From contig CAMCSM010000004.1 of the NCBI GenBank assembly GCA_945877805.1, forward strand, positions 1,582-65,581: DNA of 64,000 nt. Reading direction: 5' to 3'. Positions 1-9,275 of the stretch are shown in pieces (within the stretch, counting starts at the first letter, position 1; each line of letters begins with the position of its first letter). The notes under the pieces are model-generated. The model saw nothing but the letters and a program-made list of their open reading frames with translations, did no database searches and was not told the DNA's origin. This DNA is from Methylacidiphilum caldifontis (GTDB lineage Bacteria > Verrucomicrobiota > Verrucomicrobiia > Methylacidiphilales > CAMAQI01). The translations under genes were made by a program, and so were the position numbers.

Positions 1-682
1 TGACGGTTTCGATATTGTCGAATTCCATCGAGGGAGACATCGAGACATTGGCCTCTTTAAAAATCTTATCAATCGCTTTGCGGGTCGGGATATCCGGTTC
101 AAAGCCGATAAATTTCTGATGGGAAATCGCATCGAGAGTGACCTCTTTATGGGAGGCTAAAGGATTTTGGGGATGGCAAATCAGGATTAGGTGATCTTTA
201 AGAAAAGGCTCAATTTTGAGGTTTTTTTTCTGAACCGGGAAGGCGACTAAGCCGATGTCACGGGTTCCATCGAGCACATCGTCATAGACTTGATTCGAGC
301 GGCGATATTCGACATGGACGTGGACATTCGGATATTCCTTCAGAAAAACCTTGAGATAGGGGGGGAGCTCGTGAAGTCCGATACTGTAAACCGTTGCGAG
401 CCGGATTGTCCCTGAAACGACATTACGCATTTCGGAGATTTGATGTTGGAGCTTATCGTAGGCGTAAATGATCTCTTTGCTCGTGGCATAAAGAATGTGT
501 CCTTCACGAGTTAAGGAAAAACGTTTACTGCTTCGCTCAATGAGAGGGGTATGAAATTTCTCTTCAAGACTTCGGATTTGTTGACTGACTGCCGATTGAG
601 TGACAAAATTAAGCTGTGCCGCTTTACTAAAGCTTTCAGTGTCGACGAGGTCACGAAAAACTTTAAAGGATTCAACTTGCAT
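1..682 (-). CDS. LysR-family transcriptional regulator (C-terminal end runs off window)
   Basis: Minus-strand ATG at 680-682. My translation MQVESFKVFRDLVDTESFSKAAQLNFVTQSAVSQQIRSLEEKFHTPLIERSSKRFSLTREG is the canonical LysR winged HTH. The frame is open to the window edge, so it is absent from the ORF track. Confidence 0.85.
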   Translation of the reverse strand, partial: MQVESFKVFRDLVDTESFSKAAQLNFVTQSAVSQQIRSLEEKFHTPLIERSSKRFSLTREGHILYATSKEIIYAYDKLQHQISEMRNVVSGTIRLATVYSIGLHELPPYLKVFLKEYPNVHVHVEYRRSNQVYDDVLDGTRDIGLVAFPVQKKNLKIEPFLKDHLILICHPQNPLASHKEVTLDAISHQKFIGFEPDIPTRKAIDKIFKEANVSMSPSMEFDNIETV

Positions 683-736
683 ATCCTTTACAATAAGCAA
701 ACCTAATGAATATTCAAGGGAAATGATTAATTACTT

Positions 737-1450
737 ATGACAATTGAGAGTCGATATCGAGAGATTCAAGGGAGGATTCAGCGCTCTTGCGAGAAAAGTA
801 GGCGAGGAATTGAAGAGGTTTTGTTGATTGGGGTCACGAAGACTCATCCCCCAGAAACAGTAGAGGAGGGGCTTCGTTTAGGTATTTTGCATCTGGGTGA
901 AAACAAGGTTCAAGAGGCTCTTGCTAAAAAAAATGTGGTAGGAGAAAAAGGGATTTGGCATTTGATCGGGCATTTACAGGGGAATAAAGTAAAAAATGCG
1001 GTTCAAATTTTCGATCAGATCGATTCAGTGGATACATTGGCTCTCGCTCAGGAGATATCAAAACGTTGTGAGATGATCGGGAAAAGAATGACTGTTTTAA
1101 TGGAGGTCAACGTTTCTGGGGAGGGGAGTAAATTTGGGGTTAAACCGGAGCAGGCGGCACGATTAGCGGAGGAAATCAACCGATTGCCCGCTCTTGAATT
1201 GAGGGGATTGATGACGATGGCCCCCTTGATGGAGGATTCGACGAAGAGCCGTCCTTATTTTGCACAATTAAGAGAATTGAGGGATCGGATTCAGCAAGAG
1301 ACGGGGCTTCATCTCCCAGAGCTTTCGATGGGGATGAGTCAAGATTTTGAGGTCGCGATTGAAGAGGGGAGCACGATGATTCGTCTCGGAACGGTTTTAT
1401 TTGGAACAAGGCCGAAGCCGACAAGGGAGTTCTTCGAGGATTCGATTTAA
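737..1450 (+). CDS. yggS: YggS-family pyridoxal-phosphate homeostasis protein
   Basis: 237 aa. GVTKTHP, HLIGHLQGNKVK and MGMSQDFEVAIEEGSTMIRLGTVLFG match the YggS/PROSC alanine-racemase-fold family. Confidence 0.85.
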   Translation: MTIESRYREIQGRIQRSCEKSRRGIEEVLLIGVTKTHPPETVEEGLRLGILHLGENKVQEALAKKNVVGEKGIWHLIGHLQGNKVKNAVQIFDQIDSVDTLALAQEISKRCEMIGKRMTVLMEVNVSGEGSKFGVKPEQAARLAEEINRLPALELRGLMTMAPLMEDSTKSRPYFAQLRELRDRIQQETGLHLPELSMGMSQDFEVAIEEGSTMIRLGTVLFGTRPKPTREFFEDSI

Positions 1451-1533
1451 CCGCCAAGTTAAATTCAACCCCGACAAAGAGTACGGGGTAGGAATTCGCC
1501 AAGATTATAAGATTTTATTTAAACCGCTTATTT
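1449..1533. repeat. Intergenic repeat modules: ccgccaagtt word, ccccg/cgggg hairpin, tttaaaccgcttat word
   Basis: aaccgccaagttaaattcaa + ccccgacaaagagtacgggg + aggaattcgccaaga...tttaaaccgcttat. Related copies lie at 37396-37452, 51490-51525 (opposite strand) and 54203-54282. Confidence 0.75.
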
Positions 1534-1622
1534 TCCTTTTCTCCTTTTGGCGCTCTTTGCCTTTACCTTGGCGGTTAATCCCATTTCTTAGATGGTTTGT
1601 CTGGAACAACCGAGGGCTGTGA

Positions 1623-2570
1623 CTAGACCTTCGGAGGGGTCATCGTCAGCCAGCCGCTTTTGAAGTAATCTTCAATCCCTTTTTCTAAGGTATATTGCGG
1701 TTCCGTCTTGAGCTCTTTTTTGGTGGCGCTCAGATCGGCTTCCGTGTGGGGCTGGTAAAAGGGGTAGGGATTATCAAAGTAATCGGGAGTGATTTTTAAT
1801 TTCAAGACCTTATTGAGCGTTTCGATGATATCGTTAAAAGAACGAGGCTTTCCTGATCCGGCGTTGAAGACCCCAGATTTTTTCGCTTTCGTGAAACCGG
1901 CGATGGTGAATTCAACGATATCTTTCACATAAATGAAATCCCGTTTTTGTTCGCCATGCTTAAAGACTCTCGGGCGTTTCCCTGCGAGCATTTGATGGGC
2001 CAGCTGGTAGGTCATGCTCGCTGCCGATTTTTTATGGGTTTCGCGTGGTCCGTAGACATTAAAATAGCGAAGTCCGACAACCTTCTGGCGAGGGTATTCC
2101 CTGAGAAATTGAGCGGCTAGGTTTTCAAGCTGAACCTTAGAGAATCCATAGACATTGGCCGGCTTACGAGGATCGGAGAGACGATTGATTCCAGCCGCGA
2201 TCCCGTAGGTGGCAGCAGAAGAGGCATAAACGAGGGAGCTCTTCTTGCCGGCAATGAATTTGAGGATATTTCGTAGACTCTCGACATTATCGTAGGTCTG
2301 TTTGAACTGATCGTGTTCGGTGGTGTCGGTGATCGAACTTAAATGAAAAATCGCTTCAAAAGTGGTTTTCCCAAAAAGTTGTGAGAGGCAGATCTTTGAA
2401 AGATCATAGGAGAGGAAATCTCCTTTGAATCCTTCGAGATTACGAAAGTGTCCTGAGCGAAAATCATCAATGACGATCAGGTCGTGGGTCGGAAAACGTT
2501 CTTGTAATGTAAGGGCAAGGTTAGAACCAACAAAACCTGCTCCACCAGTGACGAGGATCTTTTTTGACAT
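1623..2570 (-). CDS. hldD: ADP-L-glycero-D-manno-heptose 6-epimerase
   Basis: N-terminal VTGGAGFVGSN Rossmann motif, then ASSAATYG and RYFNVYGPRE.HK...S, as in E. coli HldD/RfaD. 315 aa. Confidence 0.8.
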   Translation of the reverse strand: MSKKILVTGGAGFVGSNLALTLQERFPTHDLIVIDDFRSGHFRNLEGFKGDFLSYDLSKICLSQLFGKTTFEAIFHLSSITDTTEHDQFKQTYDNVESLRNILKFIAGKKSSLVYASSAATYGIAAGINRLSDPRKPANVYGFSKVQLENLAAQFLREYPRQKVVGLRYFNVYGPRETHKKSAASMTYQLAHQMLAGKRPRVFKHGEQKRDFIYVKDIVEFTIAGFTKAKKSGVFNAGSGKPRSFNDIIETLNKVLKLKITPDYFDNPYPFYQPHTEADLSATKKELKTEPQYTLEKGIEDYFKSGWLTMTPPKV

Positions 2571-2675
2571 TCGAGGAGATTAAAGAAAAAAAATAAAATT
2601 GAACAGAAATAACTATTTTCGGCACCCGCGTCCAAAACCGGAACAGATGAAGGGAAATACAAGGAGCTTGTTTGA

Positions 2676-2817
2676 GCCGCAAAAGAACGCAAAGAACACA
2701 AAAATGAAAAAATACAGCGATCTCTCTAATGAATGCAGGAATGCTTGAAAAAACAAAGGGAAATTATTTTCGTTTTTGCGTTCTTTGCGTTCTCTTGCGG
2801 CTAAATTCACTGTTTTT
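2676..2817. repeat. Inverted-arm element (29-bp arms, 68-bp spacer) whose right arm continues into module M1
   Basis: Left arm 2676-2704 gccgcaaaagaacgcaaagaacacaaaaa. Right arm 2773-2801 tttttgcgttctttgcgttctcttgcggc. They are complementary at 27/29 positions. 2773-2817 is the reverse complement of module M1 (27666-27710, 44414-44459). Confidence 0.8.
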
Positions 2818-2883
2818 AGATTCAAATGATCCAGGGATCTGATTATTATATTGATTTATTATGGGGGTGAGTATTATTGACCG

Positions 2884-4098
2884 ATGCTAGGATCGAAAAT
2901 TCCCTTAAATGAGTCCAAGCGTTTAGAGATGTTGACTCAATTTGAGATTATCGATTCCGATTTTGAAGAAAGCTATGATCAGATTGTCGAGCTCGCTTCG
3001 AAAATTTGTCAGACACCGATCGCCTTAATTAGTTTAATTGATGAAAAGCGCCAATGGTTTAAGGCCAAAGTCGGACTAGAGGTTCGGGAGACCCCTCGTG
3101 AGTTGGCCTTTTGTGGATATGCGGTTTATGAGTCGAGTTCCCTCATTGTTCAAGATACTTGGCTGGATGATCGATTTAAGAGTCATCCTTTAGTATTAGG
3201 AGATCCCAAGATTCGATTTTATGCCGGATTTCCGATTCAAGCGGAGAACGGGGTTACTTTAGGGACGGTCTGCGCAATTGATCGTGTTCCACGAGAACTA
3301 AGTACGGATCAGCTGCGCGCTTTAGAGATTTTAGCGAATCAAGTTGAGTCGTTACTACAGTTGCGAATCGCCTCTTTAAAGATTAAAAAGTATTTGCAAG
3401 AATTGGAAGAGGCGGCTCTTTTAAAAACAAAGTTTTTTTCTCTTATTTCCCATGATTTACGTTCTCCATTTAATGGGCTTCTTGGGTTTTCTAGTTTACT
3501 GAAGGAGGGAGCGGCTTCGATGAGTTCAGAAGCGATCGCTTTAATGGCGAATGATATTCACAGCACAGCTTCTGAAGCCTATGCTCTTTTAAATAATTTA
3601 TTAGAATGGTCGATGCTTGAGCGTGGGCTTATTCAGCCTGAGTACGTAGAGATTGAGTTAGGAGCGACGATTCGTAAAACGGAGATTCTTTATCGAGACT
3701 TACTGGCGCAAAAGAAAATTAAATTTACGGTTGATCCAAAAAGTTTTCTCGGATTGATGAAGACCGACGAAAGAATGTTAGAGACCATTCTTCGCAATTT
3801 GATCTCCAACGCGATTAAGTTTACTCCGTGTGAGGGACGGATTGATTGTTCTGTGATTCGAACAAATCAAGCCTACACGATTGAGGTTCGAGATTCAGGA
3901 GTGGGGATGAGCCAAGAGAAGGTCGCTAAGATTTTTTCTTCCTTTGCGATTTCCTCGACAGTAGGGACAGCGGGAGAGCGGGGCTCAGGTCTTGGACTGA
4001 ATATTTGTCATCAATTTATAGAACGGCTTAACGGAAAGATTGCGATTGAATCAGAGATTGGCAAGGGAACTGTTTTCCGAGTTGAAATTCCTGCGTAA
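2884..4098 (+). CDS. GAF-domain sensor histidine kinase
   Basis: N-terminal GAF-like region (CGYAV...FYAGFP...GTVCAIDR), HisKA H-box FFSLISHDLRSP, and HATPase N and G boxes (NLISNAIKFT, DSGVGM, GSGLGL). Confidence 0.85.
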   Translation: MLGSKIPLNESKRLEMLTQFEIIDSDFEESYDQIVELASKICQTPIALISLIDEKRQWFKAKVGLEVRETPRELAFCGYAVYESSSLIVQDTWLDDRFKSHPLVLGDPKIRFYAGFPIQAENGVTLGTVCAIDRVPRELSTDQLRALEILANQVESLLQLRIASLKIKKYLQELEEAALLKTKFFSLISHDLRSPFNGLLGFSSLLKEGAASMSSEAIALMANDIHSTASEAYALLNNLLEWSMLERGLIQPEYVEIELGATIRKTEILYRDLLAQKKIKFTVDPKSFLGLMKTDERMLETILRNLISNAIKFTPCEGRIDCSVIRTNQAYTIEVRDSGVGMSQEKVAKIFSSFAISSTVGTAGERGSGLGLNICHQFIERLNGKIAIESEIGKGTVFRVEIPA

Positions 4099-4166
4099 TT
4101 GAGACCGAAAAACTATTTCGGTGGAAATCACTTGTCAGAATTTATTATAAAATTAGATTAACGCTC

Positions 4167-6386
4167 GTGATTTTATTGAATCGTATTCGACTCTTATTTC
4201 TTGGGTGGAAACGATTTGCTGATTTGCTTCAAACCTGTTTTTTTATTCTCCTTGCATCACTGTTGATCTCACTCCTTGTCCAAGAGGTGATGTATCAACC
4301 GAGAGGGGGGGGAGGTCGGTCGACAGAGTTTTTTTATGGCATGGCTTTGGTCATGCTCTTTTTTTTAAATTACAAAAAGTTAACCGTTGCCCGCTGGGTC
4401 GCTTTAATTGCGATCGTATGGACGACTTTGCTTTGGTTTGATCTCTTGTTGCCGGGAGCGATTGATGGGCCGATAGGGATCTTGTCATTTAAATCGATAG
4501 GAGATGAGTCTCTTTGTCTTTCTGCTTTTTCCGCGATTTCTCTTTTTGGATTAGGGTATCCGTTTTTCTGGATGGGAAAAAGTCGGATTGGGCTCATGAT
4601 TATTGTCGGGCTCGGAGTCTCCTTAATCGGTTTTTTACTCTTGAGTAAGATCGTTGTTTTTGAGCGCACGATCGATTTTTCGCATTTCTTGAGTTTATGT
4701 GCGGCCTCATTATTTTTAATTATTTTTGGAGCGGTCATTTTAGTGAAAGGGATTCAAGATTGCCTCGATGAGGGGACAGGATATTGGCCCCAGATCCCCT
4801 ATGCCGCAGCCTCTGTGATGTTTCTTTTAACGACGGTATTGTGGTCGGCTTTCCATATTCATGAACAACAGATTTGGACGCGAGAAGTCGAATCCTATAC
4901 CGTAAAGATCGGAGATCGACTCGGGCAAAAATTTCATGATCTCAGCTTGGAACTCGAGAGATTTAATCGATGGACATTTTATCGAGAGGGGAAATTGGCT
5001 TTAGAATGGCAGAAAGAGGCCCGTATTTTTTTAGATCATGAAAAAGCGGTTTTTTTCATCGATTATTTTCCTCGGTCAAGTTTAGAGGGAAAGATGGAGA
5101 GATCAAAAGAAGGGAATTCTTTTAACAGAATTTCCTATCAACAAATCGATTCGGCGGCACAGAAATCGATGTTGAATCATTCTCCCTGGATGACTGATCC
5201 TTTTATTATTCAAGAGGGCAGGTATGGGATCGGTTTTGTTTCGGTCTCTCATTCGCCCGGTCAACCTATCTCTGGATTCTTAATGGGGGTCGAGTTTGAG
5301 CCGCTTTTTAACGATCTCATCGACAATGAGAATATACCGATCGATTTTCAGCTGAAGTGTGGGAGTTTGACTTTAAGAGACTTTGAGGAAAAGGGAAGTT
5401 TTACAGATAAGAATCAATTTATAACAGAGATTTATTTATATGGGACTCGTTTCACGATTCATGCTGTGCCGAAAAAACTTTTTTTTCAAAAGCGGGATCA
5501 GTATTTATCTTTTTGTTTTTTTGTGGCCGGTCTTTCGTTCTCGTTATTATTTGGAATTTTAATTGGTCTCTACATACATCTGCATCATGACTCTTTAGAG
5601 TTGCGTGAGATTAACGATCGGCTGGGATTTGAAATCGAAGAACGGCGGAGTGCAGAGAGAGAGGGGGATCAAAAGAATCGAGATTTAGAGACATTAATCT
5701 ACGTCGTTGCTCATGATTTGAGGGAGCCACTACGAGGAATTGAAAGCTTTTCTCGACTCATCTACGAGCGCTATTTGGATCGCTTGGATGAAAAGGGGCA
5801 GGATTTTTTACGCAGAATCGTCTTTTCCTCGATGCGCTTAGATCGACTCCTCGACGATATTGCGATGCTTTCTCGAGTCCAAAGAGCAGAACCTCCCACT
5901 GCGCCGATCCCAGGGAGAGAGCTCGTTATGGAGGCGTTGAGTCGGTTAGAGGCGGTTTCGAAGGCGAAGAATGCGAATATTTCCGTTGAAAGGGATATTC
6001 CCTCCCTCTGGGTGAATCGGACATGGGGAACACAGGCGATCTTTAATTTAATTGGCAATGCGTTGAAGTTTACGAATCCCCATCAAGAGCCGGAGATTTT
6101 AGTGAAAGCCTATCGGAGCGAAAATGGAGAGCAGGAGGGGGTTCAGATATTAGATCGAGGGCCAGGGGTGAAGGCGGAGCATGTGGAGAGGATATTCAAG
6201 CTTTTTCAACGGGCGGTTGGGAGGGATATTGAGGGGACGGGGGCGGGACTCGCCATTGTGAAACAGATTGCCGAGCGTCATGGGGGGACCGTTTATTATG
6301 AGAATCGTGAGGGAGGGGGAAGTTGTTTTACGCTGACTTTTGCAAAGAGAGATCGATCTGTGATTCCCGAAAGTGAGGAGGGATGA
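4167..6386 (+). CDS. Multi-pass membrane sensor histidine kinase
   Basis: About 200 aa of hydrophobic helices at the N-terminus, H-box VVAHDLREPLR, and HATPase motifs NLIGNALKFT, DRGPGV, GTGAGLAIV. GTG start. Confidence 0.85.
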   Translation: MILLNRIRLLFLGWKRFADLLQTCFFILLASLLISLLVQEVMYQPRGGGGRSTEFFYGMALVMLFFLNYKKLTVARWVALIAIVWTTLLWFDLLLPGAIDGPIGILSFKSIGDESLCLSAFSAISLFGLGYPFFWMGKSRIGLMIIVGLGVSLIGFLLLSKIVVFERTIDFSHFLSLCAASLFLIIFGAVILVKGIQDCLDEGTGYWPQIPYAAASVMFLLTTVLWSAFHIHEQQIWTREVESYTVKIGDRLGQKFHDLSLELERFNRWTFYREGKLALEWQKEARIFLDHEKAVFFIDYFPRSSLEGKMERSKEGNSFNRISYQQIDSAAQKSMLNHSPWMTDPFIIQEGRYGIGFVSVSHSPGQPISGFLMGVEFEPLFNDLIDNENIPIDFQLKCGSLTLRDFEEKGSFTDKNQFITEIYLYGTRFTIHAVPKKLFFQKRDQYLSFCFFVAGLSFSLLFGILIGLYIHLHHDSLELREINDRLGFEIEERRSAEREGDQKNRDLETLIYVVAHDLREPLRGIESFSRLIYERYLDRLDEKGQDFLRRIVFSSMRLDRLLDDIAMLSRVQRAEPPTAPIPGRELVMEALSRLEAVSKAKNANISVERDIPSLWVNRTWGTQAIFNLIGNALKFTNPHQEPEILVKAYRSENGEQEGVQILDRGPGVKAEHVERIFKLFQRAVGRDIEGTGAGLAIVKQIAERHGGTVYYENREGGGSCFTLTFAKRDRSVIPESEEG

Positions 6387-6793
6387 GAGAGGTGAAATTT
6401 TTAATGGTCGATGACCATGAGGATGATTCAATTCTTTTTCGGGAGATGTTGGATGACTCCGGTTTTGTTGGAGGGGTTGTCAGCGTGGGTGGAGCGAAGG
6501 AGGCGTGGGAGTATTTAGAGGGGTTGCGGAGGAACGGTTTACAGGAGGAGGTCGGGATTATTTTTTTAGATTTGAATATGCCGATGAAAAATGGATTTGA
6601 ATTTTTGGATGAGTTGATGTCCGATTTTGACTTCAAGAAAATCCCGGTGATTATGGTTTCGGGAAGCCGACGCGAGAGCGAAAAAGAGAGGGCTCTATCG
6701 AAAGGGGCGATCGCTTATATCTCGAAACCGATTACCTTTGAGCATATCGTCACAGCAATTCAGGGGCTATCGATGAAATGGTCGCTCTCCTAG
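6383..6793 (+). CDS. Single-domain response regulator (CheY-like receiver)
   Basis: MVDDHEDD acidic pocket, FLDLNMPMKNGFEFL phospho-acceptor Asp region, SKGAIAYISKP. The ATGA start overlaps the upstream kinase stop. Confidence 0.85.
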   Translation: MREVKFLMVDDHEDDSILFREMLDDSGFVGGVVSVGGAKEAWEYLEGLRRNGLQEEVGIIFLDLNMPMKNGFEFLDELMSDFDFKKIPVIMVSGSRRESEKERALSKGAIAYISKPITFEHIVTAIQGLSMKWSLS

Positions 6794-6916
6794 TGAAGTA
6801 TTCTTTAAAACCTTTCCTTTCGTGTAGCGCAAAACCCATTGGAGCAAGGCTACAAATAGTAAAAAAAGCTGAGCCATTATCGTTTGGTACAGGGGCCACA
6901 GAAAACACTTAACTTT

Positions 6917-6950
6917 ATAATGGACAAAATATAAGAATTTTGTCCATTAT
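6917..6950. repeat. Perfect 14-bp inverted repeat with a 6-nt centre
   Basis: ataatggacaaaat-ataaga-attttgtccattat. It sits 11 nt upstream of the point where the truncated ATPase frame opens. Confidence 0.9.
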
Positions 6951-6960
6951 GACGTAATGA

Positions 6961-7980
6961 CTAAATTCACTTCTTGCGGCCATTGACGAAATTTACGGTA
7001 ACCCCCTCCATATTCTCTTTGATGAAATTCAAAATTTCCCCAAGTGGGAGCTTCTGATTAATCGTCTCCAGCGTTCCGGTAAACACCTGCTGATTACTGG
7101 CAGTAACGCCAATTTGCTCAGCAGTGAGCTTGCAACTCATCTTACCGGGCGTCATCAATCTGTAATTTTGCTTCCCTTTTCATTTTCAGAAATTTTAACA
7201 TCAACTGGAAAACAAAATACTTCGGCCGAAACATCCGCCGTTTTTGACAAATTTTTAATGGAAGGCGGCTACCCTGAGCCACTGTTGCGAGGGGCTAATC
7301 GAGTCGATTATCTACGTGATTTAGTTCGTGCAACCTTGCTAAAGGATATCGTCCGACGTTATAAAATTCGCTCCAGTGCTGGACTTGAAGATGTTGCCCA
7401 TTACTTTTTTTCAAATGTAGCAAAGGAGTTCTCCTTTAGGACTGTCGCATCGGTGGCTAGAGTTTCCAGTCCGACAACGGCCGAAAAGTATACTCGAATG
7501 CTTTGTGAATCATTTTTGATTTTCACACTAAACCGACTTACATTTAAAGCCCGTGAAAGAACTGCAGCTAACAAAAAGGCTTATGCCATCGATCCTGCTC
7601 TTGCTGTTTGCCTTGGAACAAGACCCGGACAAGATTTAGACAGACTCGCTGAAAATGTAATTGCTATTGCTTTGTGGCGTCGACAGATGGCTGGTGAAAT
7701 CGATCTTTTTTTCTGGAAAAGTAAAGAACTTCACGAAGTTGATTTTGTAATTAAAGAAAGAGGGAAGATCTCTCAACTCATTCAAGTGTGCGTCGATTTG
7801 TCAGACCCTCATACCAGAACACGCGAATTTAGGGCTCTTGTAAAGGCCAGTGAGGAATTACGGTGCAACGAGTTAATTTGTTTAACGAGAGGTCAAAATG
7901 CTGTGGAAGATTTCACATGGAATGGAACAACGGTTCAGATTCGGGTCATTTCCATGGAAGACTGGTTACAGCAGATCTAA
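6961..7980 (+). pseudogene. 5'-truncated AAA ATPase with DUF4143 C-terminal domain
   Basis: The frame is open from 6961, after an in-frame TGA at 6958-6960. It reads ...ILFDEIQNFPKWELLINRLQRSGKHLLITGSNANLLSSELATHLTGRHQSVILLPFSFSE, which is the Walker B region onward. The roughly 100-aa Walker A portion is missing and no plausible start exists before the TTG at 7114. Confidence 0.7.
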
Positions 7981-8135
7981 TCCTTAAAAAATACAGTGCA
8001 TTTTTCCTGCTTTCCAGCCTTCCTGAGAGAATATTTTTATTCCGCCCTTATTTTCATAAACCGGAGTCGGAATGAGTTGATTCGATCTAAAAACAACTCG
8101 CCCCTCAAATGAACATTGGTTCCGGCTCGTCCGGT

Positions 8136-8360
8136 TTATGATTGGAGTTCGCGGATTTTGAGGAGCGCTTTTTCGTAGCTTTGGCGCTGCATAAAGTGAC
8201 GGAGTTCCGATTCGAGATCGTGGTGATATTTTTTTTGGAGCTCTGCCAAATTTTGAATCAACGGAAGAAGGGCTGGGGGATTGGGCTCTTTCTGAAGGGG
8301 GATGGCTTTGAAGTAGGACTCTAAAGCGGTGGCGAGTTCGTTTAAGATTTCTGAGTTCAT
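8136..8360 (-). CDS. Hypothetical small helical protein
   Basis: ORF-track frame 8136..8396. ATG at 8360 gives MNSEILNELATALESYFK... No motif recognised and no clear RBS. Confidence 0.4.
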   Translation of the reverse strand: MNSEILNELATALESYFKAIPLQKEPNPPALLPLIQNLAELQKKYHHDLESELRHFMQRQSYEKALLKIRELQS

Positions 8361-8683
8361 GGAACAGAGGATGGGGGATTTTTGACCCCTTTGCAATCCC
8401 CTCGGTTATGCTTCCTTCTGCGTTCAAATAAGCGACGACTTAAGGATAACAACAAAGCAAATTTCGCCAAGGAGATAAAATTCAATTTTAACCGTTTATC
8501 TTCACATATCGACATTCATCGAGGAATCTAAGCTTAAGATTTCACGTAAATAAACAGCAGAACTAGAAAAAACAAAACTTAGCTTATTTTTACTTAAAAA
8601 CAAGTAATATTATACAGTTATTATACAAGGGTATATCTTTATAATCAACGACTTACGACAATTTTTTACATTTCTTTGCTTGA

Positions 8684-8724
8684 CTGTTGGGGAGGAAAGT
8701 GGTTAAAAGTGGGGGATACTGGAG
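8684..8724 (+). promoter_or_regulatory. Putative MraZ operator: GTGG-type direct repeats phased at 10 bp
   Basis: aaaGTGG at 8696-8702 and again at 8706-8712, exactly 10 bp apart. Degenerate boxes ttGGGG (8687-8692) and acTGG (8718-8722) sit in the same phase. The array is 24-60 bp upstream of the mraZ ATG. TTGACT at 8680-8685 could be a -35 element. Confidence 0.45.
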
Positions 8725-8747
8725 AATAGTCCACAAAAAAAGAGAAT

Positions 8748-9173
8748 ATGGCCACAGGATACCAAGGAAATTTTGAGCGCTCCTTTGATCAAAAGGGACG
8801 GATGACCGTCCCTTCGGATTGGCGGACGATTGCGCATGAAAAAAGATTGAGCGTGATTCCTTTTAAAGGTCATGTTCGGGTTTATCCGCAGACATGGGTT
8901 GATGCTCAGCAGGAAAAGCTGAGTGGATTAAAGATGAGCGATCCGAAGGTCAAGGCATGGGGAGATCTCCAGAGTATTAGTCAAGCCGCGGAGGCGGATG
9001 ACCAGGGGCGTCTCATGATTCGCAATGAGTTGCGTGAGGTTTCGGTATTGTCAGGCAATTTATTACTTTTGGGAAAAGGAAGTCATTTTGAGATCTGGAC
9101 TCTCGAGGAAGGGCGCAAGCAGCTCCCTGCGAAGACGACATTTGAGGATGTCGCGGGAGTTTTGGATCTATAG
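8748..9173 (+). CDS. mraZ: Transcriptional regulator MraZ
   Basis: The N-terminus FERSFDQKGRMTVPSDWR and a second half-repeat DDQGRLMIRNELRE are the duplicated MraZ/SpoVT-AbrB motifs. It is the first gene of the dcw cluster. Confidence 0.9.
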   Translation: MATGYQGNFERSFDQKGRMTVPSDWRTIAHEKRLSVIPFKGHVRVYPQTWVDAQQEKLSGLKMSDPKVKAWGDLQSISQAAEADDQGRLMIRNELREVSVLSGNLLLLGKGSHFEIWTLEEGRKQLPAKTTFEDVAGVLDL

Positions 9174-9275
9174 AAAATATTATGCGAGCAAGAAACTGGA
9201 TCCAAATTCGACTGAAAATGAATCAGCGGGTTTGTCCTCTCCACGGTTTCAAAGCGCGCGTATGGAGTCAGTGCC

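Noticed and set aside
8056-8140. 12-bp perfect inverted repeat tcataaaccgga / tccggtttatga as a terminator for the small minus-strand ORF
   Set aside because: The arms are about 60 nt apart and there is no U tract, so this is not a convincing intrinsic terminator. I note it only as another long-range inverted pair.
7984-8427. 147-aa minus-strand ORF overlapping the 86-aa ORF 8136..8396
   Set aside because: It is a different frame over the same DNA with a Pro/Ser/Arg-rich composition. The helical 75-86-aa frame is the more protein-like of the two, and even that one is called only at low confidence.
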